Shown here piece after piece: positions 13,726 through 27,229 of a stretch of 64,000 nucleotides of DNA. How positions within the stretch are numbered: the first letter of the stretch is position 1; each line of letters begins with the position of its first letter. The position numbers and the translations under genes were made by a program. A model generated the notes under the pieces. It saw only the letters and a list, made by a program, of their open reading frames with translations. It was not told where the DNA came from and made no database searches. The DNA is from Eledone cirrhosa. Its lineage: Eukaryota. The stretch covers positions 181,226,001 to 181,290,000 of the forward strand of contig OZ024742.1 in NCBI GenBank assembly GCA_964016885.1. Direction: 5' to 3'.

Positions 13726-14402
13726 CACAAATATCAATGTTATATAATTGTAAGATACAAAAAGAGTTTTGAAGTTATCTCAATGAGGAAATATTCTGGA
13801 ACACATTAATTTCAAAATTGTGGTTGCTGTTGTTGTTATTTTTATTGCTAAAGTGCATAGAGGTGTGTGGGAATATTTACTACATTTATGTGAATGTATA
13901 TATATTTACATCTCATGTGTATGCACATACATATACTCATGCACATAGGCAAACACACACACACATATATATATAAAATATATACACATATTTCACATAT
14001 TCTAATATATAAATTAGTACATGTTTATGCACATTAATAACTATAACTTTGCCTTTCATCCTTACGGGGTCGATAAAATAAAGTACCAGTAATGCACTGG
14101 GTAATTGCTGGCCTTGTGCCTAACGTAGAAACAATTAATAACTATAACTGCATCTCCATCCATCCTACTTTACAGTATAATTTGTGTGGATGTTAACTAA
14201 AGTAGATGTTGATGATATATATTTATATATATATATATATATATCAACATGTATATATGTATATATATATATACACACACACATATATGTATGTATGTAT
14301 GGATGGATGGATATATATGTATGTATGTATGTATATATATACATATGTATATATATATATATATGTATCTATGTATCTATGTATCTATGTATCTATGTGT
14401 GT

Positions 14403-16710
14403 CGTTCTAACAGGAGTGACCGGACCTTCAGGCAGGTCAAGGCATGTGTGCAACATCAATTGAGAGTCATGCAGGATACCTGGTGGAGCCAAAGGGCTGA
14501 TGAAATCCAGGAGGCCTCAGATAGACATGATACAAAGCTCTTATACAGTCTGCTCAGGGAGGTGTATGGTCCGACCAGTCCACAACTATCACCACTTCGC
14601 TCCAGGGACGGCAAGGAATTTCTCAGAGATCCGAAGGAAATCCTGATCAGGTGGCAAGACCACTTTGATGAGCTTCTCAACAGACCATCAGAAATTGATG
14701 ATGAGTTCATCCGGTCAATTCCATCCAGACCTAGAAAGCTGGCAATGGCTGATCCTCCTTCATTTGATGAGGTGGCGAAGGCCATTGCCAAATTAAACAG
14801 TGGCAAGTCACCTGGAATGGATGGACTGAGTGTCGAGATTTTCAAGTGTGCTGGTGATAACTTCTTAAACCGCCTCACTGAACTCTTTGTGAATGATTGG
14901 AATGAAGAAGATGTACCACAGGACTGAAAAGATGCATTGATGGTGGTACTTTACAAAGGAAAGAGAGCCAAAGATGACTGTGGCAACTACAGAGGTATCT
15001 CACTGTTATCTGAGGCTGGGAAGATCTTGTGCAGGATTTTGTTGGATGGATTGATTCAGCACATTGCTGTTGAGGTACTTCCTGAGTCCCAATGTGGCTT
15101 TAGGAATGGCAGAGGCACTGTTGACATGATCTTCTCGGCCAAACAACTTCAAGAGAAATGCATTGAGCAGCACATGGACTTGTACCAAGTTTTTGTCAAT
15201 CTGACCAAGGCTTTTGACACTGTTAATCGGAAGGCTTTGTGGGTTATTTTGGAGAGATTGGACTGTCATGGAAATTTTGTGAACATTCTGAAACTCTTCC
15301 ACGATGACATGCAGGCATGGGTGAATGTTGGGTGTAAACTGTCTGAGCCAATCTCGGTTGAAAATGGTGTCAAGCAGGGTGATATACCTACACCAACTTT
15401 GTTTGCCTTGTATTTCGCAATGGTGTTCTTCATGGCCTTCAGGGATTGTTAACACGGTATCTATCTCAGATATCGCACTTCCGGCAAGCTGTTTAACCTC
15501 AGGCGTCTCACTGCCAACATTAAGGTATTGAGTGCCTTGATCAGAGAATTTTTATATGCTGATGATTGTGATCTCTTTGCACACTCCCAGAGTGACATGC
15601 AACACCTTATGAATTCTTTTTTCAAAGTGTGCAGTGCTTTGGGACTGACAATCAGTCAGAAGAAGACTGTTGTCATGTACCAACCTGCTCTGGATAAAGT
15701 TTTCAATGAACCCTCCGTATATGTATATGGTCAAAAGCTGAAGGCTGCTGACACATTTGTGTATTTGGGGAGTACTCTGAGTGTAGCCTGCTCTCTGGAT
15801 GCAGAAGTTGTTCTATGTGTTAGTAAGGCAAGTGAGTCATTTGGAAGGCTCAATGACCGTCTTTGGTGCAGGCGAGGAATCACAATGAGGACCAAGGTGA
15901 GTGTGTATGCAGCATGTGTACTGTCAGCTTTGCTGTAGGCATGTGAGACATGGGTTGACTACAAACGGCATATCCACAGACTGGAACGGTTTCACCAGCA
16001 GTGTCTCAGAATGATGCTCAGTATCAAGTGGCAGATGCATGTGAGTGATGTTCAGGTCCTTGAGAGAAGTGAGTGTCGGAGCATTGAGAGTATCATCCAC
16101 CAACGGTGTTTGCGATGGACCGGACACCTCTGCAGAATGGAGGATGATCGAATCCCAAAACAACTCTTGTATGACGAGCTTTGTGAGGGTCAGAGACCAC
16201 CTCACAAGCCAAGGCTCCGATTCAAGAATTGTGTAAAGGACTCATTGAAAAAAACTGGTTTGATGATGGCTCACTGAGAGATAGAAGCTCTTGAAAGAGA
16301 AACATGGTGTGGAATGGTGAATGATGGGTCCATAATTTTGAGGACAGACGCATAGAGCATGAGAAGATCAAACGGGACGTGTGTAAGCAATGCATTGGTG
16401 TATCTCTCAAAATGATCGGTGTCTCCATTGAATTGAAGTGTCTTGAGTATGGAAAGATTTGCTTGAACAAATCTGTTCTCAAGAGCCAGTCGCAGCCATG
16501 TTCAAAGAGAACCAGTGAACTATGATCTCCACAGTGTTGTGAGGGTTCACGGGCAACCTGATGCAGGACCTCAAGCCAGGGAGATTCATAGTTGTCGTCA
16601 GTGTGTGAATGAGTGCAAGTCTCTAGCAGGCTTGAAAAGCCATATATGAGCATCACACATCTGAATCTGACATGAGATTGCAATATTCTTGGCAGAGCTT
16701 GCAGCCATCA
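14403..16710 (+). mobile_element. 5'-truncated RTE (BovB-like) LINE with stop codons
   Basis: GKSPGMDG, NYRGISLL, PESQCGFR, AFDTV, GVKQG, LYADDC, RWTGHLCRM; interrupted by in-frame stops. Confidence 0.92.
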
Positions 16711-16722
16711 TGTTTGTGTGTA

Positions 16723-16787
<65 letters not shown>

Positions 16788-16862
16788 TGTTATACTTTGG
16801 GAGGGTCATGTTGCAAATAAGAAACACACGCACCAGTTGCTTTTACTTCAATTTATTATATA

Positions 16863-18482
16863 CTAGCAGTAAAGCCCGGCGTTGCTCGGGGTCGCTCAGT
16901 AGCTGTGTTAAAGTTACAATGTTAAGTTTCTTTCTTGGCTTAAAAACTGTAGTGTCTACTGTGCAGACTTGCATGTGGTGTTTTTGATTAATATTCCCTC
17001 AACCAACAATATGCCTTATGAAGTTAAGAAAACATAACGATAACCCGAATGTTATAACAAAAGAGGATGCTGGGGATAGAAACTGCACTGGTTATTTATT
17101 AACAAAGATCGAAATGTAAACACTGCAACGCAGAGAAAAACATTAGCGTAACCAAATTATCAGTTATGTCTGTCTGCACGCCTATATCACCTCTCTGCAC
17201 GACTATCTGTCTGCACGCCTATATCACCTCTCTGCACGACTGTCTGTCTGCACGCCTATATCACCTCTCTGCACGACTATCTGTCTGCACGCGTATATCA
17301 CCTCTCTGCACGACTGTCTGTCTGCACGACTGTCTGTCTGCACGCCTAACGACGAAATATTTGCTTGTTTTACGTAGTCTTTAAATAGACTTGTTTTCAA
17401 GTAAAAATATTGTTTTAAAATGCTTTTAAATGGAAATGAAGCAAAACGGAAGCTTAGTGTTCGAACTGATGAATTTTGCAGGCCAATATTTTGCTGGCTC
17501 GACAACTGTTCGTGTATACAATGTTAAGTTTCTTTCTTGGCTTAAAAACTGTAGTGTCTACTGTGCAGACTTGCATGTGGTGTTTTTGATTAATATTCCC
17601 TCAACCAACAATATGCCTTATGAAGTTAAGAAACATAACGATAACCCGAATGTTATAACAAAAGAGGATGCTGGGGATAGAAACTGCACTGGTTATTTAT
17701 TAACAAAGATCGAAAATGTAAACACTGCAACGCAGAGAAAAACATTAGCGTAACCAAATTATCAGTTATGTCTGTCTGCACGCCTATATCACCTCTCTGC
17801 ACGACTATCTGTCTGCACGCCTATATCACCTCTCTGCACGACTGTCTGTCTGCACGCCTATATCACCTCTCTGCACGACTGTCTGTCTGCACGCCTATAT
17901 CACCTCTCTGCACGACTATCTGTCTGCACGCCTATATCACCTCTCTACACGACTATCTGTCTGCACGCGTATATCACCTCTCTGCACGACTATCTGTCTG
18001 CACGACTGTCTGTCTGCACGACTGTCTGTCTGCACGACTGTCTGTCTGCACGCCTAACGACGAAATATTTGCTTGTTTTACGTAGTCTTTAAATAGACTT
18101 GTTTTCAAGTAAAAATATTGTTTTAAAATGCTTTTAAATGGAAATGAAGCAAAACGGAAGCTTAGTGTTCGAACTGATGAATTTTGCAGGTCAATATTTT
18201 GCTGGCTCGACAACTGTTAAAGCCAGCGTAATTTTTTACGTAAGACGCTCAATGTAAACAGAACAAAGGGAAATAACTGATCACTTACGCTCAAAAATCG
18301 ATACATTATATTCGATTTCGTCACATAGGGTGGGTCAATTTGAAATTTTTTTTTCCGATGTCTTCGCTAGGGCTCACTGTACAAGTATAGCAATTTCGGT
18401 GCAATTCCGTGAGAGATTCTAAGAGGAGATGTGTGCCAAAAATCGATAGACAGACAGACAACCACAGTTTTATATATATAGA
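16863..18482 (-). mobile_element. Non-autonomous Helitron
   Basis: 5' TCTATATATATAAAA; 3' hairpin CCCGAGCAACGCCGGG followed by CTAG; inserted between A and T; internal ~600-bp duplication and TCTGCACG-based minisatellites. Confidence 0.9.
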
Positions 18483-18553
18483 TTTATAAATTTACAAATT
18501 TATAAATTTCTGGTTTGTTGGTTGGTTCCACAACCAGATAGTTGTTTATATAT

Positions 18554-18598
18554 AGTCATAGTCCTTTCGTCACACACTCTGTGACCTCTTCAGTGACT
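18554..18598 (-). ncRNA. Minimal hammerhead ribozyme in pseudo-LTR
   Basis: AGUCA-CUGAAGA-g-GUCACAgagugUGUGAC-GAAA-GGAC-UA-UGACU. Confidence 0.75.
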
Positions 18599-18971
18599 GG
18601 GGATTCCTTTCTTTGTTTCTGTGCCTCTCCTTTCTCTGTCCTACGCCATTTTGTTTCTGTGTGTGTGTTGTGTGCTCAGTTTGCGCATGCGACACATCCG
18701 GGTGTCTGTGTGTGTTTATGTTCATTTATCTATTTGTTTATTTATTTATTTATTTACATGTTATTGGTTGGTTGTTTGTTCTATGTGTGTGTGTGTTTTC
18801 ATTTTGTCCTTAATTGTAAGTTGTGATGTTGCTGTTCCACTCATATTTTCTATTTAATTTTGGTTGTAATTCTTTTATGTTTATTGCAAACTGAGCACAC
18901 AACACACACACAGAAACAAAATGGCGTAGGACAGAGAAAGGAGAGGCACAGAAACAAAGAAAGGAATCCCC

Positions 18972-19016
18972 AGTCACTGAAGAGGTCACAGAGTGTGTGA
19001 CGAAAAGACTATGACT
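18972..19016 (+). ncRNA. Minimal hammerhead ribozyme in pseudo-LTR
   Basis: Same motif with GAAA-AGAC-UA. Confidence 0.7.
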
Positions 19017-19210
19017 ATATATAAACAACTATCTGGTTGTGGAACCAACCAACCAACCAGAAATTTATAAATTTATAAATATATAATAAATTGAAGTAAA
19101 AGCAACTGGTGCATGTGTTTCTTATTGGCAACATGACCCTCCCAAAGTATAACAATATCGGTTTCAACACACGATTTCAGATAAAGAATCTTGCTAAACA
19201 AATTCAGAAA

Positions 19211-19301
<91 letters not shown>

Positions 19302-19819
19302 ATTATATGTAATGTTCATATACTCAAAATATATATATAAACATGAGAGGGTATTGGTTATTATAAATATATATATATTAATGTGACAGGATGTTATAGC
19401 TATTACCATTGCCACTTGGGATTGCTAATGTCCCTCCAGATTAACATCCACCTGCACATTAACATCAAACTATCATATATATTATACTTTTATCATCATC
19501 ATCTTTCTCCTGGCCATTTAACATCTATTTTTCCATGCTAGCTTGGGTTACAAAAGTTTCCCTTACAAAAGTTTCCCTATTGTGAGACAAGCCAGGTCCG
19601 ATGACCATGACTTGCTCATACATAACTGGTTTTGGCTTGGTTTCAATGGCTGGATACCATTCCTAACACCAACCTCATTTACAGTGAATACTGGGTGCCT
19701 TTTTTCATAACACCTACACAACCACATTACAGTGTGGGCTGCGTGATTTTTATTTGTCCTTTTATATATATTTTACTTGTCCTTCCTCCTATAACACACG
19801 CACGCACACACATATACAT

Positions 19820-19872
<53 letters not shown>

Positions 19873-19875
<3 letters not shown>

Positions 19876-21838
19876 TCATCATCATCGTTTTATGTCCATT
19901 CTTCCATGCTACCATGGGTTAGACAGGTTGTCCCGTTGTGGGCAATGTTAGGTCGGGTGACCTTGCCTTGCTCATTTGGGAACTGATTTTGGCTTGATTT
20001 CTGCAGCTGGATGCCCTTCCTAACACCAACCTCATTTACAGTGAGTGCTGGGTGCTTTTTTGTCGTGACATCTCCACGACCACTTTGCAGTGGGTGGGAA
20101 TGGGCCATATTGTTTATATGTTCAGTTTTGGCTTGTTTCCGTGGGAAGTCGAGTATTCTGTATTAGTGCATGATGCCAGAGGTCACGGTTCTGTGTCATT
20201 GCCGTTGAGGGGTGCAATTAGGTAAGGTCCGCTTTTATCACCTCATCCCAGGTCTTCTTGGGTCTCCCCACTTCGTGGCTTCCATCAACTTTTAGTGCTC
20301 TGCACATTTTTTATGTAGCTGTCATCCTTCATACGCATCACATGTCCATAGCAACGTATCCTCCTCTCCTTCACACAGCATTTGATTCCCCTTTTACTCA
20401 ATCTCTCTCTCAGTTCGTTTATGCTTTGCCGTTTGCATATATTACTATTACACATCCATCGAAGCATTTAAGCTTCATTTCTTTCCAATCTACACAAGTC
20501 TTCTACACACAGCGCCCAGGTCTCACTACCATGTAACATTGCTGTTTGTATGCACGCATCATTCAGTCTGCCTTTCATTTTGAGGGAAAAGCCTTTTGCA
20601 GCTAGCAGTGGCAGTAGCTCCCTGAACTACTTCCATCTCATTCTTACCCTAGTTACTGTACTTTCAGAACACCCACTTCCGTTGCTAATTTGGTCAACTA
20701 GGTAGCAGAAGCTGTCTACTGGTTCTACAGAGCTCTCCCAAAGATTGATGGTACTTGTTTCCAGTGGCTGTTTGCTGCTTGCTGTCCTGGTACAGATGCT
20801 ACATGTAAAGCCTACAGTCTTAACCAAGCTTCCTGAGATCCCACCACATCTCTTGTGTACCCATAGTTTGTATTTGGGGCAGAGGATGGAATTCCTACCT
20901 ACATATATACTACATACTGAGGAAGGCCATTTCCCTGAGGGCATCTAGGTTCTGTTTTCTTGTCTACTTACGAGGACCTTAGTCTTTGACAGGTTGACTT
21001 TGAGACCCCTTCTTTCTAGTCCCTGCTTCAATGTTTGGAATTTCTTCTATAGTTCCGCCATAGATTCAGCTATAATTGTAAGATCATCTGCATACAGAAG
21101 TTCCCATGGGCATCCAGTCTTAAACTCTTCTGTTATAGCCTGCAATACTATAATAAACAGGAGAGGGCTAAGAACAGAGCCCTGGTGGACACCAACCTAT
21201 ATGCTAAATTCCTCACTATATTCATTGTTAACCCTAACTTTACTGACTGCTCCCCTATAGATGGCTTGTGCGGCTTTCACAAGTTATTCATCTACTCATA
21301 GTTTTCTAAGAGCCCACCAGATTATAGCATGGGGATCAATGTCGAAGGCTTTTTCCAGATGGAAAAATGTCAGGTAGAGCGGCTTACTTTTAGCTAGGTA
21401 CTCTCCCTGTAACTGCCTCATAAGGAAGAGAGCATCGGTGGTGCTTTTTCCTGGCGCAAACCCAAACTCATCTAGTTTTACCCGGTCTCTAATCAACTGT
21501 GCTATAACTTTCATGACTTGGTACATCAACTTTATACCTCTATAGTTTCCTCTATCTAGTGCATCTCCTTTACCCTTGTAGCAGTTGACAATGATGCTGC
21601 TGTGCTAATCCTTTGTATTACCTGATTAATAATACGTGTTGTTATGGTATGACCTACCAACCCAGATGCTTCAGCATCTCGGCAGCTACGCCCGATGGAC
21701 CGGTTGCCTTCCCAGTCTTCATATCTTTAATTGCCTTACTTACTACGCTGCTGCTGACTTGTATTGCTGGTCCCTCTATAGGGTTCACTTGGGATAGAGT
21801 CTCTTTCTCCCATGGATTCTCCTCATTTAGTAATCTTT
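19873..21838 (-). mobile_element. 5'-truncated RTE LINE, decayed
   Basis: FGFAPGKSTTDA, LEKAFD, YADDL, Cys-rich NSILCPKYKLWVHKRC, YGHVMRM; (GAT)n tail. Confidence 0.88.
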
Positions 21839-22229
21839 CATATATATATATATATCATCATCATCATTTATTGCCCATTTTCCACACTAGCTTGAGTTAG
21901 ATGGGATGTCCCATTTGAGGCAAGTTGGGGAAGGTGACCATGTCTTTGTCATCCAGAACTGTTTCTAGCTTGGTTTCTATGGCTGGATGCCCATCCTAAC
22001 ACCAACCACATTTCCAATGTATGCTGGGTGCTTTTCGTCATGACACATACATGACCACTTTACAATGTGGGCTGAGTACTTTTTGTTGTGACACCTACAC
22101 AACCACTTTACAGTGTGGACTGGATGTCTTTTGTCATGATACCCATCCTTTGACGTGCATTTTGGTGTAGAAAATGCATAAAAATGATCAGTGAGAGTGA
22201 GGTTGTATTCCATTGGATTAACACAACTG

Positions 22230-22570
22230 CACTGATAGAAAAAGTATAGTCTGTAGATTAGGCCCACAGATTAACTGTAAAACAAGAACATAGTTTATAG
22301 CATAAGATGCATGGAGAGACAATGGAAGAATAGGAATACAATATATATAGGTAAGATGGCTTGTAGCATAGTCAAAAGAATTAAAGAACATTGCCGAGAA
22401 CTCCAAAATAAGAAAAACTCATCAGTACTCTGCCAACATGCCAGAATGGAATATTGGGGCTTACTAGAGAACATTTAAATAAAAAATTGTATCTACACAC
22501 CAAACAGATGTAATGCTCTGACAGATTACAGAAAGAATTAATGAAATAATAACAACCTTACAACAGTGAC
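22230..22570 (+). pseudogene. Penelope GIY-YIG remnant
   Basis: Nucleotide similarity to 39850-40230 (attaactgtaaaac...agcataagatg...atatataggt). Confidence 0.6.
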
Positions 22571-22620
22571 TAAGGACAATATATAGACACACATACCTGC
22601 CACATACTCACATACATATA

Positions 22621-22748
22621 TATTTTATTATAAAAATTACTTCTACAAGACTAGAACTATTTCATTCATAAGAGATCATTTGGAAAATCTTGATTTAATA
22701 TGAATGAAACAGTTCTAATCCTGTAGAAGTCATTTGTTTAATAAAATA
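22621..22748. repeat. Imperfect fold-back with ~50-bp arms
   Basis: tattttatta...cttctacaagactagaactatttcattcata versus tatgaatgaaacagttctaatcctgtagaag...taataaaata. Confidence 0.7.
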
Positions 22749-22984
22749 AATATTTTACTAACATATTGAGTACCTTTTTTAATTGTGGTCACCTCCACAT
22801 ATAGATCAGACAATCCACCTATATATAGATGTATATTTATAGAAATTGTTTATATGAAATGTTAATACAAATCCATAAATATAGTAAAGAGATGCACACA
22901 CATTAACAAAAATAGCACTAACAGCAACGACAATTATTTATTAAATATATGTATATAATATCAAATATATATATAAATGATTTA

Positions 22985-23335
22985 TATAAATGGGGCTAAA
23001 ATATTAAATGATATATAAATGAGGCTAAAATATTAAATATATATATAAATGAGGCTAAAATATTAAATATATATATAAATGAAGCTAAAATATTAAATAT
23101 ATATATAAATGAAGCTAAAATATTAAATATATATATAAATGAGGCTAAAATATTAAATATATATATAAATGAAGCTAAAATATTAAATATATATATAAAT
23201 GAAGCTAAAATATTAAATATATATATAAATGAAGCTAAAATATTAAATATATATATAAATGAAGCTAAAATATTAAATATATATATAAATGAGGCTAAAA
23301 TATTAAATATATATATATATAAATAAGGCTAATCA
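22985..23335. repeat. 30-bp minisatellite, about 11 copies
   Basis: atatataaatga(a/g)gctaaaatattaaatat. Confidence 0.95.
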
Positions 23336-23635
23336 GCCCATATACATAAGTGTTGAAACTATGTTTGCAGTTTGAGTTGCACTATAAGGCAGGGAAAGAG
23401 ATAGGTAACCCTGACAATGACCACACAGCCAGAAAGAACTCTCGTCTGATCCCCTCCTGCTGGAACTAGTTGGATGGCATTAGGCACCACCTATAAAATT
23501 TATAGCTAAAGGCTTTCAAATGTTTATTCATGAACATGTATATTATTCAATATACAAACTTTACATACATGTATGTACATAGCTATACTGGAGCGAACAC
23601 CCTAATTCTCTCTCTGTCTCTCTCTCTCTCTATAT

Positions 23636-23670
<35 letters not shown>

Positions 23671-23724
23671 GACGGCGATGAATTTGTTTTGCGAGGTTTT
23701 TTATATGAAATCGTGTGTCGAAAC

Positions 23725-24400
23725 AAATATTGTTATACTTGGGGAGAGTCATATTGTTGTAATAATATTGCCAGAAATAATAACAGAACACACTCACTGT
23801 TAGGTTGGTTTTCGCTTCTGTATCTTTTATATCTCCACAGTTAATTCATTCTGTCCTCAATGTTTACCATTGACTGACCAACTGTCAAAAATACAGATAT
23901 AATATAGATATAAACACATATATATAGTCTAACAAAGTTCTTTCGTTGCACATCTGTAACATCGTCAGTGGTGCTATTATGTTCCTCCTGTTGTATTGTA
24001 TATCTACGCCATCTTTATTTTATCTGTTTATTTATTTATTTATTTTTCTTCTCTGCGCATGCTTTTGCGTGTGTGTATAGTGTTTGGTGTGTGTTCGCGT
24101 TTGGGTGACTGCGTTTTGCTTATTGTATTCTATCTTAGTTTACTAGTGTGTGTTTATATGTGTTTGTTGTTATTGTGCTTGTGTATTTATTCATTTATTC
24201 ATTTATTTATATTTCTCTTAAGTCAGTATTGTATGCTTGGCTGTTGTTGTTATTCCACTCATTTTTTTCTGTTTAACTTTGGCCTTCTAAGCTCTATTTC
24301 CCTTGCCTCTCTGATTTGCCTATCTGCTGGGTCATTTCTATATTTAGATATTATTTTAATTTCTATGTTGTTTATGTTACCAGCATGTTGTTGTCTGGCG
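23725..24400 (-). mobile_element. Diverged Penelope 3' end and pseudo-LTR, with a decayed HHR at about 23930-23975
   Basis: GIY-YIG C-terminus-like QIREAREIELRRPKLNRKNEW; CUGACGA-u-GUUACA..UGCAAC-GAAA on the minus strand. Confidence 0.65.
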
Positions 24401-24425
24401 TGTTATATATATATATATATATATA

Positions 24426-24616
24426 TAACAAAGGAAAAGTGGTAAGGAACCAGATGGACCATAACGCACCAGAGTACTCAATACTTAGGGTAGTAGAGTG
24501 GGAAATAGGAAAAAGCATGACCCCGACGGCAGAGCTCAAGCCGTTTCGACGGCTATTTCCCGAAATAGACGTCGAAACGGCTTGAGCTCTGCCGTCGGGG
24601 TCATACTTTTTCCTAT
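24426..24616. mobile_element. Fold-back element in (TA)n; near-perfect palindrome 24505-24616
   Basis: ~55-bp arms centred on ctatttc-cc-gaaatag; carries GUC-GAAA-CGGC-UU, resembling the 3' half of an HHR. Confidence 0.8.
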
Positions 24617-25051
24617 ATATATATATATATATATATATATAATCATTTAACATCCATTTTCCACGCTAGCATGGATTAGACAGGTTGTCCCATTTGAGGC
24701 AGGCAAGTTGGGTCAGTTGACCATGTCTTGCTCACATAGAATTGTTTCTGGCTGGTGTTATATGACTGGATGCCCTTCCTAATGCCAACCACATTTGTAG
24801 TGGTGCTGGGTGCTTTTTGTTGTGCCACCAACATGACCACTTTATAGTGTGGGCTGGGCACTTTTTGTCATGTCGCCATCACAACAACTTTACAGTGTGA
24901 GCTGGAAGCTTCCCTGGATATATGCTACAGCCTGTCCTCATGAGAAATGTATGAGAAGGTGGGGTGGCGTAGTGTATACTATATATATGTATGCTTTAGC
25001 TTCAGCCTATGCCCATGGGAAGATGGGTCTTCTGTAATACTGCATGATGTC

Positions 25052-25102
<51 letters not shown>

Positions 25103-25411
25103 TTCACCGCTCCAAATAATGACGTATTATATACGTTTTTTCCCGTTCTTTGCCAGGGAACGTCTCCACGAACCAAACTATCCTCTTCCTGTCTTCCTCC
25201 GGTTGCAACGTTTTTTGAAATATTCACTTCTGCGTTCACAGATTGACTTTGTTAGTTTCAGAAGATCCTGTTAAGGGTGAAAGCAGCGATTCTTTGCTTA
25301 AACTTTAATCTGTTATTTTAATAAACATTTGCTCTACAGTTCTTATATATTTGATATATATTTATCCTTATAGAGCCCTCTTTGGATTTTAGTCTTCAAA
25401 TTTATTATTAT

Positions 25412-25445
<34 letters not shown>

Positions 25446-25818
25446 AATACAATATCGGAGAAAGCTTTTTAGCGATACTCCGGTCAAATTCCAACTCACT
25501 CAACAAACATTAGGAAATAAGTGATTATATTCCCAATTATGCGTTCGGGGTGCTAACTAAAAGTATTGCGTGGAAAATTGGCTGTATTATTTCATATGAG
25601 ACATATCTAATATATCTCTTCCCAGACGGACGTCTCTTTTCATTATAGGATTCCTACAATTTGGGTGAAATTATACCAATTTATGTAGGAGCTTGTATAC
25701 CATCAATAGATATATATTCAAGTGGGTTCCTATAATTCATCAGTGGGTGCCCCAATAATACTAATATTGATAATCTAACCAACATCAGTATTTAGCGATA
25801 ATCATCATCCTCTCTGCC

Positions 25819-25847
<29 letters not shown>

Positions 25848-25850
<3 letters not shown>

Positions 25851-26320
25851 TGGAAGTCGGACCTTCGTAGAGACCTGAAAATCCGCCTCTTCATTGCTGT
25901 AGTGGAGTCTGTGCTGCTGTATGGGTCTGAGACTTGGACACTGACCAAGAAACTCACTCAGATGGTGGATGGGTGCTACACGAGAATGCTGAGGATGGCT
26001 CTGAACATTAATCAGTATACACTGAGGATGAAAAACTCAGAGCTGTATGGGAGCATCCCAAAAGTCAGCTCAAAAGTGACACAGAGGAGACTGAGGTTAG
26101 CTGGACATGCTCACTGACATCCAGAGTTGACATTGCACTCAGTGCTCCTTTGGGAGCCCCTACATGGACACACTAGAAGAGGAAGACCAAGGTTAACGTA
26201 TGTTGATGCCCTAAGGACAGACACTGGTCTATTGGAGACGCAGGACATGGCAGCGATAATGAGGGACAGAGACCGCTGGAGAGAACTCGTCCATGGATCT
26301 CGGGAATTTAACCCGCCTTA

Positions 26321-26321
<1 letters not shown>
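25848..26321 (+). mobile_element. RTE-like LINE 3' fragment between (TA)n tracts
   Basis: ESVLLYGSETWTLT, RRLRLAGH, RRGRPRLTYVD. Confidence 0.85.
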
Positions 26322-26410
<89 letters not shown>

Positions 26411-26417
26411 GGGAGAG

Positions 26418-26452
<35 letters not shown>

Positions 26453-27229
26453 GAAGTTGGAAATAGCATGGAAAATATATTTTAGGGTCTGCTTTTCTGT
26501 TTTTCTTTTTTTTGATTAGTCAAAGTGACATCATTGAAAATATGACAGAGACAATTCTTTTAAAAAAGAGTTTTATAATGTATATAAAGTATTACCGATT
26601 TCGATGTATTAGTAAAATTCATCTTATCAAATGTTGAGTATTACAATTAAAAAGAATAATAATTACAAACTAAAAATTAAAGATTCAAAATTAAGAGGTA
26701 AGTTTTTTTCAACTTCCTTGTTGAGAAGAAGACTGCAACATGAGCTCTTGTGTATAGAGATAGAGGTATGTAGTCATGATAGTAGCAGCAGCAGTATTGG
26801 TAGTTGTGTTTCTTTGCAGACCAAAATTGTTTTAGGGACAAAGAAAATATACTGTAAATATGTGTGTGTATCTCAGTTGTGTTCATGGGCTGGCCAAGAG
26901 TTCAGATGGGGGTGGCAAGGGAGGGAATTGTAAGCTGGAGACAAATTCTATGGGATTGGCAACAATAGGGTTGTAAAAGAAATTCTATTTTTGGAATATA
27001 ATTTTAGAGAGTGTGTATATGTGTGAGAGTGTATATATATATAAGAAAATACACACGTGGGGGAGGGGCAGTGTTTGTGCTTCAGCCTCTCTGTCACAGG
27101 TCCCTTTGTGGTGGGAAATAAAAAAAAAACTGAGTAAAGCATCAGTGGTGGCTTCCAATCAGGAATTTTTGGAAAATATGTGTATGAGCAATTTTTCTCT
27201 TATTTCGTGTGTGGGGGTGGGGGTGGTCT

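Larger units (their letters stand above)
16785..19212. mobile_element. Inverted pair of Penelope-like pseudo-LTRs; left arm interrupted by a Helitron
   Basis: 16785-16862 plus 18483-18885 is the reverse complement of the 3' region of the GIY-YIG element (40160-40720); 18886-19212 is a forward copy. Confidence 0.85.

Noticed and set aside
25230-25760. HHR-like fragments (cagaaga..gaaa near 25260; minus-strand ctgatga..gaat near 25740)
   Set aside because: The core is mutated and the stems are weak; possibly decayed, but not supportable.
26600-26702. Strong splice donor GAG|GTAAGT near 26697
   Set aside because: No clear upstream acceptor or coding signal.
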